This document shows, in pieces, positions 19,934 through 30,036 of a stretch of 64,000 nt of DNA. The first letter of the stretch is position 1, and each line of letters starts with the position of its first letter. The notes beneath the pieces were generated by a model. That model saw only the letters and a program-made list of their open reading frames with translations. It ran no database searches and was not told the origin of the DNA. The translations under genes and the position numbers were made by a program. Origin of the DNA: an uncultured Solirubrobacterales bacterium (GTDB taxonomy: Bacteria > Actinomycetota > Thermoleophilia > Solirubrobacterales > Solirubrobacteraceae); contig CAVXSE010000001.1 of assembly GCA_963764325.1 (NCBI GenBank), positions 644,236 to 708,235 of the forward strand, read 5' to 3'.

Positions 19934-21901
19934 ATGAACTCGCGCTGTCCGCAGGCCGTCCGCACGGCATTTGTGCTGATGGGCGTGTGGCTCGCCGCTT
20001 ACGAGCTACACGCGCTCTTCGCGCTGCCCGCGGGCAACATCCTCTTCGGTCGTTACGCCCACTCCGTGGTGCTGTTCGCGGCGACCGCATGTTGCGCGCT
20101 GCGGGCCTACCTCGACGCGCGCCAGCGCACGGCATGGGTGCTGATCGCGTGCGCGATGCTCGGCTGGACGCTCGGTGACCTCTACCTCACGGTGGCCCTC
20201 TGGACCGCCCGCAAGGTGCCGGTGCCCTCACCAGCGGATGCGGGCTACCTCGCCGTGTACCCGCTGGCCTTCGCGGGTCTCGTGCTGCTGCTGCGCGAAC
20301 GGACCGGCAAACAGAGCGCGACGGTCTGGATCGACGGTCTGATCGCGGCGCTCGTGATGGCCGCGTACGCCGCGGCGATCGTCGTCGATCAGATCGTCAA
20401 CGCGGTCGGCGGCCAGACGGCTTCCGTCGCCACCAACCTCGCCTACCCGCTCGGCGACACGCTGCTGATGGGCGTCATCGTCGCCGGCTTCGCGGTCGCG
20501 CGCTGGCGGCCCGACAAAGGCTGGTGGCTTTTGGGTCTCGCCGTGGCGCTCTTCTGGATCGGCGACTCGGTGTACCTCGTCGCATCCGCGCAAGGGAGCT
20601 ACTCGCAGGGCGGTCAGCTCGACGCGCTCGGCTGGCTCGTTGTCGTGCTGATCGCGATCGCCGCGTGGCAGGAGCCGGTCAGCCTCCCCGGCCGTGTGCG
20701 CTCGGAAAGCCTGCGCACGATCACGGTGCCGGTGACCTTCGCCCTGCTGGGCCTGGGCCTGCTGCTGGTCGGCACGTTCCGCCCGATCGACGCGCTCGCC
20801 GCGATGCTCGCCGCCGTCTCGTTGGTCGCGGTGCTGCTTCGGCTCGCGATCACGTTCCGCGAAAAGCTCCAGCTGCTCGGGGACACCCGGGAGCAGGCGC
20901 TGACCGACGCCTTGACGGGGCTCGGGAACCGGCGCAGCCTGCTCGCGGACCTCACCGACCGCTGCCGCGCGCCGGCGCCGCGGTTCCAGCTCGCTCTCTT
21001 CGACCTCGACGGCTTCAAGGACTACAACGACCGTTTCGGCCACCCGGCCGGCGACGCGCTGCTCGCCGCGGCCGGCGAGAACCTCGCGGCGGCCGTCGCG
21101 CCGTATGGCAGCGCCTACCGGATGGGGGGCGACGAGTTCTGCGCGATCGTCGCCTGCGACGAGCGCGAGCTGGAGCGCGTCGTCGACGTCGCGCGCGTCT
21201 CCCTGGAGTCCCTCGGCGAAGGCTTTTCGATCCGCTCCTCGAGCGGAGTCGCGCGCATCCCAGCCGACGCGCGCGCGGCGGGCGAAGCGCTGAGGGTCGC
21301 GGACGCGCGGCTCTACGACGAGAAGCGCCGGCGCGGCGAACAGCCGCGCGAGCAGGCAAGCGGAACGCTCATCGAGCTGATCCGCGCGGTCGACCCGGCG
21401 CGCGCCGAGCGCGGCATGCGCGTGGCGCAACTCGCGCGCTACGTGGCCACCAAGCTCGAGCTCGCAGAGCACGGGATCGAAGATGTCGCGCGGGCCGCCG
21501 AACTCGGCGAGATCGGCGAAATCGCCGTCCAGCGCGAACTGAACGGCGCCAGTCCACGTGAGGCAGCCGCGATGTGTCTGGCGGCCGAGCGGATCATCGC
21601 CGCCGCGCCGTCTCTGATTCCCGTCGCTCAGATCGTCCGCTCATCGCGCGAGCACTACGACGGCTCCGGGCTACCCGACGGGATCGCCGGCCGCAAGATA
21701 CCGCTCGGCTCGCGCATCCTTTGCGCCTGCATCGCCTTCGAGGAAGCGCGGGAACGAGACGGCGCGCAGCGCGCCCTGGCACTTCTCAGCCGCGGCGCCG
21801 GCAGCCTCTACGATCCCGCCGTCGTCGACGCGCTCGCCGGCGCAGCGGTCCGTGATGTCCCGCGAGCGGCAACCGGTCCGCGGACGCCGGCGCGCGCCTA
21901 G
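19934..21901 (+). CDS. Polytopic membrane diguanylate cyclase with degenerate HD-GYP domain
   Basis: About 10 TMs; DLDGFK.YND.FGH; RMGGDEF; HD-GYP remnants EHYDGSGLPDG, IPLGSRI. Confidence 0.88.
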   Translation: MNSRCPQAVRTAFVLMGVWLAAYELHALFALPAGNILFGRYAHSVVLFAATACCALRAYLDARQRTAWVLIACAMLGWTLGDLYLTVALWTARKVPVPSPADAGYLAVYPLAFAGLVLLLRERTGKQSATVWIDGLIAALVMAAYAAAIVVDQIVNAVGGQTASVATNLAYPLGDTLLMGVIVAGFAVARWRPDKGWWLLGLAVALFWIGDSVYLVASAQGSYSQGGQLDALGWLVVVLIAIAAWQEPVSLPGRVRSESLRTITVPVTFALLGLGLLLVGTFRPIDALAAMLAAVSLVAVLLRLAITFREKLQLLGDTREQALTDALTGLGNRRSLLADLTDRCRAPAPRFQLALFDLDGFKDYNDRFGHPAGDALLAAAGENLAAAVAPYGSAYRMGGDEFCAIVACDERELERVVDVARVSLESLGEGFSIRSSSGVARIPADARAAGEALRVADARLYDEKRRRGEQPREQASGTLIELIRAVDPARAERGMRVAQLARYVATKLELAEHGIEDVARAAELGEIGEIAVQRELNGASPREAAAMCLAAERIIAAAPSLIPVAQIVRSSREHYDGSGLPDGIAGRKIPLGSRILCACIAFEEARERDGAQRALALLSRGAGSLYDPAVVDALAGAAVRDVPRAATGPRTPARA

Positions 21902-22428
21902 TGAGGCTCGCCGGGCGCGTCGCCCTGGGCGGCGAGTACGAGCTGCATCATCGCGACGTCGTGCCAACTCCCGAGCTTGAAGCCGATCCGGCGATAGACG
22001 CCGACGGACTCGAAGCCGAGCGCGGTGTGCAGCCCCTCGCTCGCAGCGTTCGGCAGCGTCATCCCCGCGACGGCGACCTTGTACCCCCGTTCGGTCAGGC
22101 GGGCCAGCAGCGCGCCGTAGAGAAGGCGGCCGGCGCCGCTGCGGCGAAGCCCCATGCGCAGGTAGATGCTGACCTCACACGACCAGCGGTACGCGGGCCG
22201 CGACTGCAGGCGGGCGCCGTACGCGTAGCCGACGAGCGCCGCGTCCTCTTCCAGGACGAGCCACGCGTGGTTCTCGATCGAGCTCTCGATCCGGCCGGCC
22301 ATCTCCTCGGCCGTCGGCGGCACGAGCTCGAACGTGATCGCCGTGTCCGTGACGTACGGCGCGTAGATCGCTGCGCACGCGGCGCCGTCGCCTCTGTTCG
22401 CTGCCCTCACGGTGCGCTCGCCGCTCAC
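21898..22428 (-). CDS. GNAT acetyltransferase, phosphinothricin acetyltransferase-like
   Basis: TAITFE, GYAY, PNAASEGLH..LGF, GFKLGSWHDV. Confidence 0.9.
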   Translation of the reverse strand: MSGERTVRAANRGDGAACAAIYAPYVTDTAITFELVPPTAEEMAGRIESSIENHAWLVLEEDAALVGYAYGARLQSRPAYRWSCEVSIYLRMGLRRSGAGRLLYGALLARLTERGYKVAVAGMTLPNAASEGLHTALGFESVGVYRRIGFKLGSWHDVAMMQLVLAAQGDAPGEPH

Positions 22429-22511
22429 CGCCGCGAATCTACCAACGGGGGACCCGCGCGCTCAGGCACGTACTTCGCTAGCTTCAGCGAAGAATGGGAA
22501 CGAGGGGTCCC

Positions 22512-23750
22512 ATGAAGACGGCACGGCGCGCGCGAGCGCTGCTCGCCGCGAGCGCGGCGGTGACCCTCCTCGCGCTCGGCGCGGCGCCCGCCGCCAGTTC
22601 GGCTGCGACGCCGCAGAGCGCCGGCGGCGAAGTCGGCCTCGGTGGCTACCTGCCGTTCACGTCATGGCTGCTACCGACGCTGGAACTGCCGGAACGCAGC
22701 CCCGCACGCTTCCTGCGGGATGCCGAGCGCGGCATGGCCGGCACCGCGCGATGGCGCGCGCGCGGCTGGTACTGCGAATTTCTGCGCTGCGCACACGGCC
22801 CCTACCCGATGGCCACGCTGTGGGGAGCGATCGGGCTCTTCGAGGCCGCCGACGCGATACAGATCGCCTCGCCGAGTGGCGCGCACCGTGCGGTGGTGCG
22901 CTATTTCGGCGAACAGAACGAGCGCTTCTGGAGTCCGCGCCGCGACGGCTACGCGCCGTACCCCGGCACCGGCGCCTCCGAAGCCGGCGGCCCGATCTTC
23001 TTCGATGACGACGGCTGGGAGGGGCTCGCGTACTTCAACGCCTACAGGGCGACCGGCGAAGGGCGCTGGTTGCGGTCCGCCCAGCGGGCATTCCGCTTCG
23101 TCGCGACTCACGGCTGGGACGCCCGCGGCGGCGGCGGCATCTGGTGGAACACGTCGCACCCATACCGCTCGGGCCCGGCGCTTGCCGCGGACACGCTGCT
23201 GGGGACGTTCCTCTACCTGACCGACCACCGGGGCTGGCAGATTCGCGACGTCCTGGAGTTCGTGAACTGGGCGAACCGGCGCGGCATCGAGCCGGGCACG
23301 CAGCTCTGGCTCGACCACTACCCGGGCCGCAAGACCGCGGACTACGTGGAGGCGCCGCTGATCTACGCCGAGTATCTGCTCTGTTCGAACGGCTTCGGCG
23401 CCGAACTCTGCGAACGTGCCGGCCGCGCCGCGGCGACGGTGGCCGAGACGCGGATGCATCCCAATCGCAACGGCGAACCCGAATACGAGTATCGCTGGGG
23501 CCCGCAGTACGACGCCGTGTTCCTGCAGTGGATGCTGGCCTACGGCGCCGCGACCCACGTCGGTTACTGGCAGCACCTCGCCGAACTGAACGCCGACGCG
23601 GCGGACGCGCACAGCTTCGATCGTCACGGCCTGCTGCTCGGCAGCTGGTGGGGCGGGCCGATCGAGACGAAAGAAACCAAACCGAACATGCTGCGGACAC
23701 CCGCCTCGACCGCGAGCCTCTTCGCCTGGCTCGCCGTCTACGCGCGTTGA
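22512..23750 (+). CDS. Secreted glycoside hydrolase family 76-like protein
   Basis: Signal peptide; FFDDDGW catalytic-type motif; GGGIWW. Confidence 0.75.
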   Translation: MKTARRARALLAASAAVTLLALGAAPAASSAATPQSAGGEVGLGGYLPFTSWLLPTLELPERSPARFLRDAERGMAGTARWRARGWYCEFLRCAHGPYPMATLWGAIGLFEAADAIQIASPSGAHRAVVRYFGEQNERFWSPRRDGYAPYPGTGASEAGGPIFFDDDGWEGLAYFNAYRATGEGRWLRSAQRAFRFVATHGWDARGGGGIWWNTSHPYRSGPALAADTLLGTFLYLTDHRGWQIRDVLEFVNWANRRGIEPGTQLWLDHYPGRKTADYVEAPLIYAEYLLCSNGFGAELCERAGRAAATVAETRMHPNRNGEPEYEYRWGPQYDAVFLQWMLAYGAATHVGYWQHLAELNADAADAHSFDRHGLLLGSWWGGPIETKETKPNMLRTPASTASLFAWLAVYAR

Positions 23751-23822
23751 GCGGCGCGGCGATCGCGGCGGTCGGCGGACGTGCTGAAATGGGCACGTGG
23801 CCACAGCTTTAGGCGGTGATGC

Positions 23823-26522
23823 ATGGCCGAGCTGAGCGAGCTCGAGGCGGGCGCTCGCGCCGACGCCGGTGACGGCGTCGAGGAGCAGACGATGCGCCTC
23901 GCGGTCAGCGGCATGACGTGCGGCTCGTGCTCCGCGCGCGTACAGCGGGTGCTCGCCCGTCAGCCCGGCGTGAGCGACGCCATCGTCAACCTCGCGACGG
24001 GGCAGGCAAGCGTCCGCGTCGGCGCCCGACGGGGCGGACGCGCAGGAACTCGTCGATGCCGTCGAGCGGATCGGCTACGGCGCCGAGGCCGTCGTCGCCG
24101 ACGGGGCCTCGCCGGCGCGCGCTGCGCAAGAGCTCGACGCCGAGGAAGACCGCGAAAAGCGCGACTGGCTGCGGCGCATCGTCGTCGCCGTGCCGCTGAC
24201 GATCGTGATCGTGGTGCTCACCTACACCAAACCGCACGACGAGACGGCGCGCTGGATCGTCGCCCTGCTCGCCGTTCCGGTCCAGTTCTGGTGCGGGCTG
24301 CCGTTCCTGCGCGGCGCGTGGCTACGGGCGCGCGCACGCACCACGAACATGGACACGCTGATCGCGCTCGGCACCCTCTCGGCCTTCATCTACTCCACGT
24401 ACGAGCTGCTGACGGCCACGAACCTGCACGTCCACGGCGGACCCGGCGGCGAGTTCATGAGCGGGCACCTGCACTACGACATGGCCGCGGCGATCATCAC
24501 GTTCCTGCTCGCGGGCCGCTACTGCGAGGCCGCCGCGAAAGGACGCGCCGGACGCGCCGTGCGGCGCCTGGCGATGCTCGGCGCCACCCAGGCACGCCTC
24601 GTCGACGAGAACGACCCCGCGGCGCAGGAGCGCCTGGTCCCCGTCGAGCAGGTGCACCGCGGCGACGTCTTCCAGATGCGCCCCGGCGACCGTGTGCCCG
24701 TCGACGGCATCGTCCTCTCCGGCCGCTCGAGCATCGACGAGTCGATGCTGACGGGGGAGTCACTGCCCGTCACGAAGGACGACGGAGCGATCGTCTACGG
24801 CGGCACGCGTCAACCTCGACGGCGCGCTGCGCGCCCGCGCGACCGCCGTCGGTTCGGACTCCGCGCTGGCCCATCTGATCGAGCTCGTCGAACACGCGCA
24901 GACCTCCAAGCCCCAGATCCAGCGCCTCGCCGACCGCATCGCGTCGGTCTTCGTTCCGATCGTGATCTCCGTCGCGGCGCTCACGGCGCTCGGCTGGATC
25001 GCCGCCGGACAATCCGAACGGGGCATTCTCGCGGGCGTCGCCGTGCTGATCGTCGCGTGCCCCTGCGCGCTCGGGCTCGCCACGCCCGTCGCGCTGCTCG
25101 TCTCCAGCGGCCGCGGCGCGGCACTCGGACTGCTCGTGAACGGCGCCGACATCCTGGAGCACAGCGACCGGATCGACACGATCGTGCTCGACAAGACCGG
25201 CACCGTCACGACCGGCGAACTGTCGGTGCGCGACGTCTGGGCGGCCGGCGACGGAGACCGAGAACACGTGCTCGCGCTCGCCGCGGCAGCGGAGGCATCA
25301 TCCGAGCATCCCGTCGCGGCCGCGATCGTCGAGGCGGCCCGCGACCGCGGCATCACTCTCGAGCCCGCGCAGGACTTCCGTGCGCACCCCGGCCACGGCG
25401 TGAGCGCGACCGTCGACGGAAGCGAGCTGTGGGTCGGACGCCCCAATGACGACAGCGCTGCGGCGCGTCTGGACGCCTGGGAGCAGGAGGGCTACACCGC
25501 GGTCACCGTCGAGGCCGCGGGGCGGACCGTCGGCGCGATCGCGCTCTCCGACACCGTGAAGCCCGAGGCGCGCGAAGCGGTGGCCGGCCTGAAGCGGATG
25601 GGGCTCTCGGTCGACCTGCTGACGGGCGACAACGAGCGGACCGCCGCGGCCGTCGCCGCAGGAGGTCGGGATCGAACGCGTCCACGCCGGCGTGACCCCC
25701 CAGGGCAAGGTCGAAGAGGTCGTCGCGCTGCAACGCGACGGGCGCCGCGTCGCGATGGTAGGCGACGGCATCAACGACGCTGCGGCGCTCGCCCAATCGG
25801 ACCTCGGAATCGCGATGGGCACCGGCGTCGGCGTCGCCGTCGCCGCCGCCGACATCAGCGTCCTCTCGGGCGACCTGCGCGGCGTCGCGCGCTCGCTGCG
25901 GCTCGCGCGCGAGACCTACAACATCATCCTGCAGAACCTCGGCTGGGCCTTCGGCTACAACCTGATCGCGCTGCCGCTCGCGATCAGCGGCCTGCTCAGC
26001 CCGACGCTCGCCGGCCTCTCGATGGGGATCTCGAGCGTGAGCGTCGTCGCCAACAGCCTGCGCCTCCAGCGCTTCGGAGCACCCGGGCGTCCCACGCCGG
26101 TGCGCTCGCGCCGGCGGCAGGCGCTCGGCGTCGCGGCCGCGGCGATCGCGCCGTGCGTCCTGCTCGGCGCGCTCGTCCTGATCGCGCCGGAAACCTTCGT
26201 CGGGCCGTCGACATCAATCAACTACCTGCACGAGCCCGCGGCGGAGACGCTGCTCGTCGCCGCCGAGCCGCTGCGGCCGGGCAACGTCGAACTCCACAGC
26301 TACCTCTCGGGCGCCAACGGCGCCGAACCATCGATTCGCAGGCTTTCGATGCGCGGCGTCTCGAGCACCGGGAAGGTCGTGACGCCGCGCTTCTTCGCCG
26401 CCGGCCCCGCGCACTACATCGGCCAGGTCGACCTGGGGCGGGGGACGTGGCGCTTCACCGTGTCGGGCGAGGACGGCGGCCACCACGTGCTCGGCGGCTC
26501 GTTCAGCTTCAAGATCGAATAG
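23823..26522 (+). CDS. copA: Cu(I)-type P1B ATPase with extra C-terminal TM + Ig-like domain (frameshifts near 24030, 24805, 25660)
   Basis: GMTCGSC HMA, TGES, CPC, DKTGT, SEHP, GDGIND, YN and MxxSS. Confidence 0.9.
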
Positions 26523-26528
26523 CCGGCG

Positions 26529-27224
26529 CTACAGCATCAGCTGCATCGCAGCGAGCATGTACGCCATGCCGAGCGTCATCACGCCCATCGAGAGGCGCAG
26601 GTCGCGCTCACAGACGAGCGGCTCGGCGGTCGACGCGACGATCGTCCCGCCGCGGCCCACGCGAAGGGAGCCGAAGAGGTGGCGTTCGTCGATCAGGCGG
26701 TAGCGGTTCGTAGCCCAGAGGCCCGTCTGCGTGAGGAAGTACGCCACGAGCAACCACGTCAGCGGCGCGACATAACCGGCGGGTGACCACATGTAGGCCA
26801 TTGCAGCCATGTCGATCGCCATCACGATCCACAGCGAGTTGACCGTTCGCCCGTTTGTGACCTCCACGAGCACCCACGCAAGGATCGCGACGGCCGCCGT
26901 TGCGAAGAGAACCGGCCACGCCCCGGCCGGCACGCCGACGTGATCGATGGAGCCGGGCGCAAACATGAAAGCCATTCCGAAAGCCATCAGCACATGGCCG
27001 GAATGCCAGAGGCGCCTCTGCCCCTGCGACTCAGCAACGTGGCGCGCGTGAATGACGAGGATCGCGATGAACACGAACATCCAGAGGACAGCGAGCCAGT
27101 CGGGGAGGAGATTGACGCCCGAGCCGTTGCCGGTGAACGTGACGCCCCCCATCGCCATGCTCATCGCATGGCCGTGACCCGCGTGGCTGGCCATGCCGTT
27201 CATCGTCATGTGATTGCCGCCCAC
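26529..27224 (-). CDS. Met/His-rich membrane protein, DUF5134-like
   Basis: MGGNHMTMNGMASHAGHGHAMSM N-terminus; HVLMAFGMAFM, AMAYM, GMAYM motifs. Confidence 0.75.
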   Translation of the reverse strand: MGGNHMTMNGMASHAGHGHAMSMAMGGVTFTGNGSGVNLLPDWLAVLWMFVFIAILVIHARHVAESQGQRRLWHSGHVLMAFGMAFMFAPGSIDHVGVPAGAWPVLFATAAVAILAWVLVEVTNGRTVNSLWIVMAIDMAAMAYMWSPAGYVAPLTWLLVAYFLTQTGLWATNRYRLIDERHLFGSLRVGRGGTIVASTAEPLVCERDLRLSMGVMTLGMAYMLAAMQLML

Positions 27225-27250
27225 AGCGCCTCTCCCGGCTCGCTCGCGCC

Positions 27251-27293
27251 GAGGGTACCACTGCGCATCGTCGCCCTGACGGCTGGTACTCTC
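27251..27293. promoter_or_regulatory. Back-to-back divergent extended -10 elements forming an inverted repeat
   Basis: GAGGGTACCA-N23-TGGTACTCTC; each strand reads TGGTACYCT. Confidence 0.55.
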
Positions 27294-27299
27294 GCGGCG

Positions 27300-27653
27300 A
27301 TGTCTCGCGTCCGCGCGCTACCCGTGCGCCGAGCGGCAGCGGTGCTAGCCGCCGCGGTCGTAGCGTCCTTTGTCGTCGCAGCGCTAACGCACGGGGCGCC
27401 CTCATCGCTCCTAGTCGGTCTCGCGTATCTCGCGCCCGCGGCGCTGCTCTCCGCGGTCCTCGTGGCGGGTCGCTACCCGGGGCATCGGACACTCCTCTCA
27501 GCCGCCGGGCGCCGCGCTTGCCGGCGTCGGCGGGTGCCTCTGATCCTGCCGCCGCGTTTCGCCGTCACGGCGCGGCGCTGCGGGGGTCGCCTCGCACGCG
27601 AATGCGTCGCTGGCCGTGCGCCGCCGCTTCCCGTGGGCTGCAGCCACATCTAG
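27300..27653 (+). CDS. Two-TM leader protein with C-terminal GRAPP motif (putative arrest peptide)
   Basis: 117 aa; leaderless promoter directly before ATG; ...VAGRYPG...CVAGRAPPLPVGCSHI. Confidence 0.7.
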   Translation: MSRVRALPVRRAAAVLAAAVVASFVVAALTHGAPSSLLVGLAYLAPAALLSAVLVAGRYPGHRTLLSAAGRRACRRRRVPLILPPRFAVTARRCGGRLARECVAGRAPPLPVGCSHI

Positions 27654-27748
27654 CAGGCCCCTCAGGGAAGCAAACGGCCGCCGCCGGCTGCGCGGCTGCC
27701 GTCAGCGTGCGGCATACAGCCGTGACATCTGCGAGGTAAGGACGTGGA

Positions 27749-28741
27749 ATGTCTACTCAAACCACCGTGAGACCTGCCGTCTCGTATCCCGCGGCGGCCC
27801 GCGTTGCTGGTCGCCTGCGCGTCACGAGGCGCGGCATTCAGATAGCGCTCGGCTGCATCTGGCTCCTGGACGGTCTTCTGCAGCTCCAGAGCTTCATGTA
27901 CACCCACAACTTCATCGCGTCGGTGATCGAACCGACGGCGGTCGGCCAACCCGGTTTCATCGCCGGCCCGATCCACACTTTCGCCCGCTTCTACGGCCAC
28001 GACCTGACGCTCTGGAACACGCTCTCCGCGGAGATCCAGTGCGCCATCGGCCTCGGCCTGATCGTGAGCCGACGCACCGTGAAGGCCGCCCTGATCGCAT
28101 CGTTCCTCTGGGTTCCGGTCGTGTGGTGGTTCGGCGAGGGCTTCGCGACGCTCTTCTCCGGGACGCCGATCTCGCCCCTCATGGGCGCGCCCGGCGCGGT
28201 GCTGATCTACGGCGTCATAGGCCTGCTCGTGTGGCCCGCCGGCAGGGAGGGCGAGCGCTCGGCGGCGGACGGCGGCCTCGTCGGCGACACCTGGGCGAAG
28301 GTCATCTGGTCCGCCGTGTGGGTCGAGGCGGCCGTGCTCTGGACGCTCAACGTCAACAGCTCGCGGAACGCGATCAGCGGCCAGATCAACGGGATGTCCG
28401 CGATGGCGCCGCACTGGATCTCGGCGCACCAGTCGACCGTGGCGCACTGGCTTGCGGGAAGCGGCGGCTCGACGGCGTCGGCTCTCGCGATCCTCTCGGC
28501 GCTGATCGCCGCCGGGGTGTGGACACGCTTTCGTGTCCCGACACTGATCGTCGCGATGGTGCTCGCACTCGCCTACTGGTATCTCGGCCAGAACATGGGC
28601 GGTCCGTTCTGGGGCGGCGAAGCGACGGACGTCAACACCGGCCCGCTGCTGGTGCTCTTCGCACTCACCCTGATGCCCGCTCGTCCAAGCGCGCCGCCGC
28701 GCGCGCGAACGGCGTCAGCCGCGGCTCAGGCCAGCTCGTAG
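27749..28741 (+). CDS. Polytopic membrane protein of unknown function (DoxX/DoxD-like)
   Basis: LGCIWLLDGLLQLQ, WWFGEGF, WYLGQNMGG, TDVNTGPL; apparent internal duplication. Confidence 0.7.
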   Translation: MSTQTTVRPAVSYPAAARVAGRLRVTRRGIQIALGCIWLLDGLLQLQSFMYTHNFIASVIEPTAVGQPGFIAGPIHTFARFYGHDLTLWNTLSAEIQCAIGLGLIVSRRTVKAALIASFLWVPVVWWFGEGFATLFSGTPISPLMGAPGAVLIYGVIGLLVWPAGREGERSAADGGLVGDTWAKVIWSAVWVEAAVLWTLNVNSSRNAISGQINGMSAMAPHWISAHQSTVAHWLAGSGGSTASALAILSALIAAGVWTRFRVPTLIVAMVLALAYWYLGQNMGGPFWGGEATDVNTGPLLVLFALTLMPARPSAPPRARTASAAAQASS

Positions 28742-28929
28742 CCCGCCTCTTCGAGCGCCTCGCTGACAGCGTCCTCATCAGGCACCGCTCCACTGACCAC
28801 CGCGGTTCCGGCCGCTAGATCAACCTCGACCTCTTCCACGCCCGGCAGGGCGGAGAGCGCCCCGCTCACGGCGGCGACGCAGTGTTCGCAGGACATCCCC
28901 TCGATTTGGAAGGTGCGGCTCTCGCTCAT
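28726..28929 (-). CDS. copZ: Copper chaperone, HMA domain
   Basis: 67 aa, GMSCEHC...EEAGYE. Confidence 0.9.
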   Translation of the reverse strand: MSESRTFQIEGMSCEHCVAAVSGALSALPGVEEVEVDLAAGTAVVSGAVPDEDAVSEALEEAGYELA

Positions 28930-28945
28930 GTGGTTCTCTCCTGTG

Positions 28946-29980
28946 TTAGCCGAAGAAAAGCGACGCCGTCTCATACAGCGCGGGGTCCAGCAGCTTTGGC
29001 GCAGCCAGCGCTTCGCCCAGATCCACGTCCACGATATCGGTGGCGCGGAGGGCGACCATCACGCCGCGGCGGCCCTCTTTGGCCGCGCGAGCGGCGGCGA
29101 CCCCGAAACGCGTGGCAAGAACCCGGTCGAAGGCCACGGGCGTACCGCCGCGTTGCACGTGGCCGAGGATCGTGACGCGCGTCTCGAACCCCGTGCGCGC
29201 CTCGAGCTCGCCGCCGAGGGCCTGGCCGACGCCGCCGAGCCTCGGGTGGCCGAAGGCGTCGGTGTCGCCGGAGGGCGAAGTCATCGTGCCGTTGAGCGGC
29301 ACGGCCCCCTCGGCGACGACGACGATCGAGAACGTCCGCCCGCGGCGGTGGCGGCTCTGGACGTGCTCCACGACGCGGTCGACGTCGAAGGGCCGCTCGG
29401 GCACGAGGATCGCGTCGGCGCCGCCCGCGATTCCTCCGTACGTCGCGATCCAGCCGGCGTGGCGTCCCATCACCTCGACGACCATCACGCGGTCGTGCGA
29501 CTCGGCCGTCGTGTGCAGCCGGTCCACGGCGTCGCAGACGATCTGGACGGCGGTCTGGAAGCCGAACGTGAAGTCCGTGCCGCCGAGATCGTTGTCGATC
29601 GTCTTCGGCACGCCGACGACGGGGACGCCGTCGCGGTGTAAACGCAGCGCCACGCCGAGCGTGTCCTCGCCGCCGATCGGCACGAGCACGTCGATGGCGT
29701 TCGCGGCGCATGCCTCGCGGACGGCGGCCGTGCCGTCCGCGCCGCCGGCGTAAGGGTTGGTGCGCGAAGTTCCGAGGATCGTGCCGCCGCGCGGCAGGAT
29801 GCCCGCCGTGCTCTCGAGCGTCAGCTCGACCGCGTCGCCGCTGAGGACACCTTCCCAGCCGTGGCGAAAGCCGATGCACTGCGCGTCGCCGTCGACGGCG
29901 GCACAGCGCACCACGGCGCGGATCACGCCGTTCAGGCCCGGGCAGTCGCCGCCGCCGGTGAGAAGGCCGATCCTCGTCAC
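28946..29980 (-). CDS. pfkA: 6-phosphofructokinase
   Basis: TGGGDCPGLN, GGEDT, PKTIDND, MGRHAG, LGHVQRGG. Confidence 0.95.
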   Translation of the reverse strand: MTRIGLLTGGGDCPGLNGVIRAVVRCAAVDGDAQCIGFRHGWEGVLSGDAVELTLESTAGILPRGGTILGTSRTNPYAGGADGTAAVREACAANAIDVLVPIGGEDTLGVALRLHRDGVPVVGVPKTIDNDLGGTDFTFGFQTAVQIVCDAVDRLHTTAESHDRVMVVEVMGRHAGWIATYGGIAGGADAILVPERPFDVDRVVEHVQSRHRRGRTFSIVVVAEGAVPLNGTMTSPSGDTDAFGHPRLGGVGQALGGELEARTGFETRVTILGHVQRGGTPVAFDRVLATRFGVAAARAAKEGRRGVMVALRATDIVDVDLGEALAAPKLLDPALYETASLFFG

Positions 29981-30036
29981 GCGCGGATTGTGAAGCACGC
30001 GCTACGCTCAGCGCCCCGAACCCCGGACGCGAACCG

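Noticed and set aside
27655-27670. CCCCTCAGGG as a CsoR operator
   Set aside because: Lacks the flanking TAC/GTA symmetry
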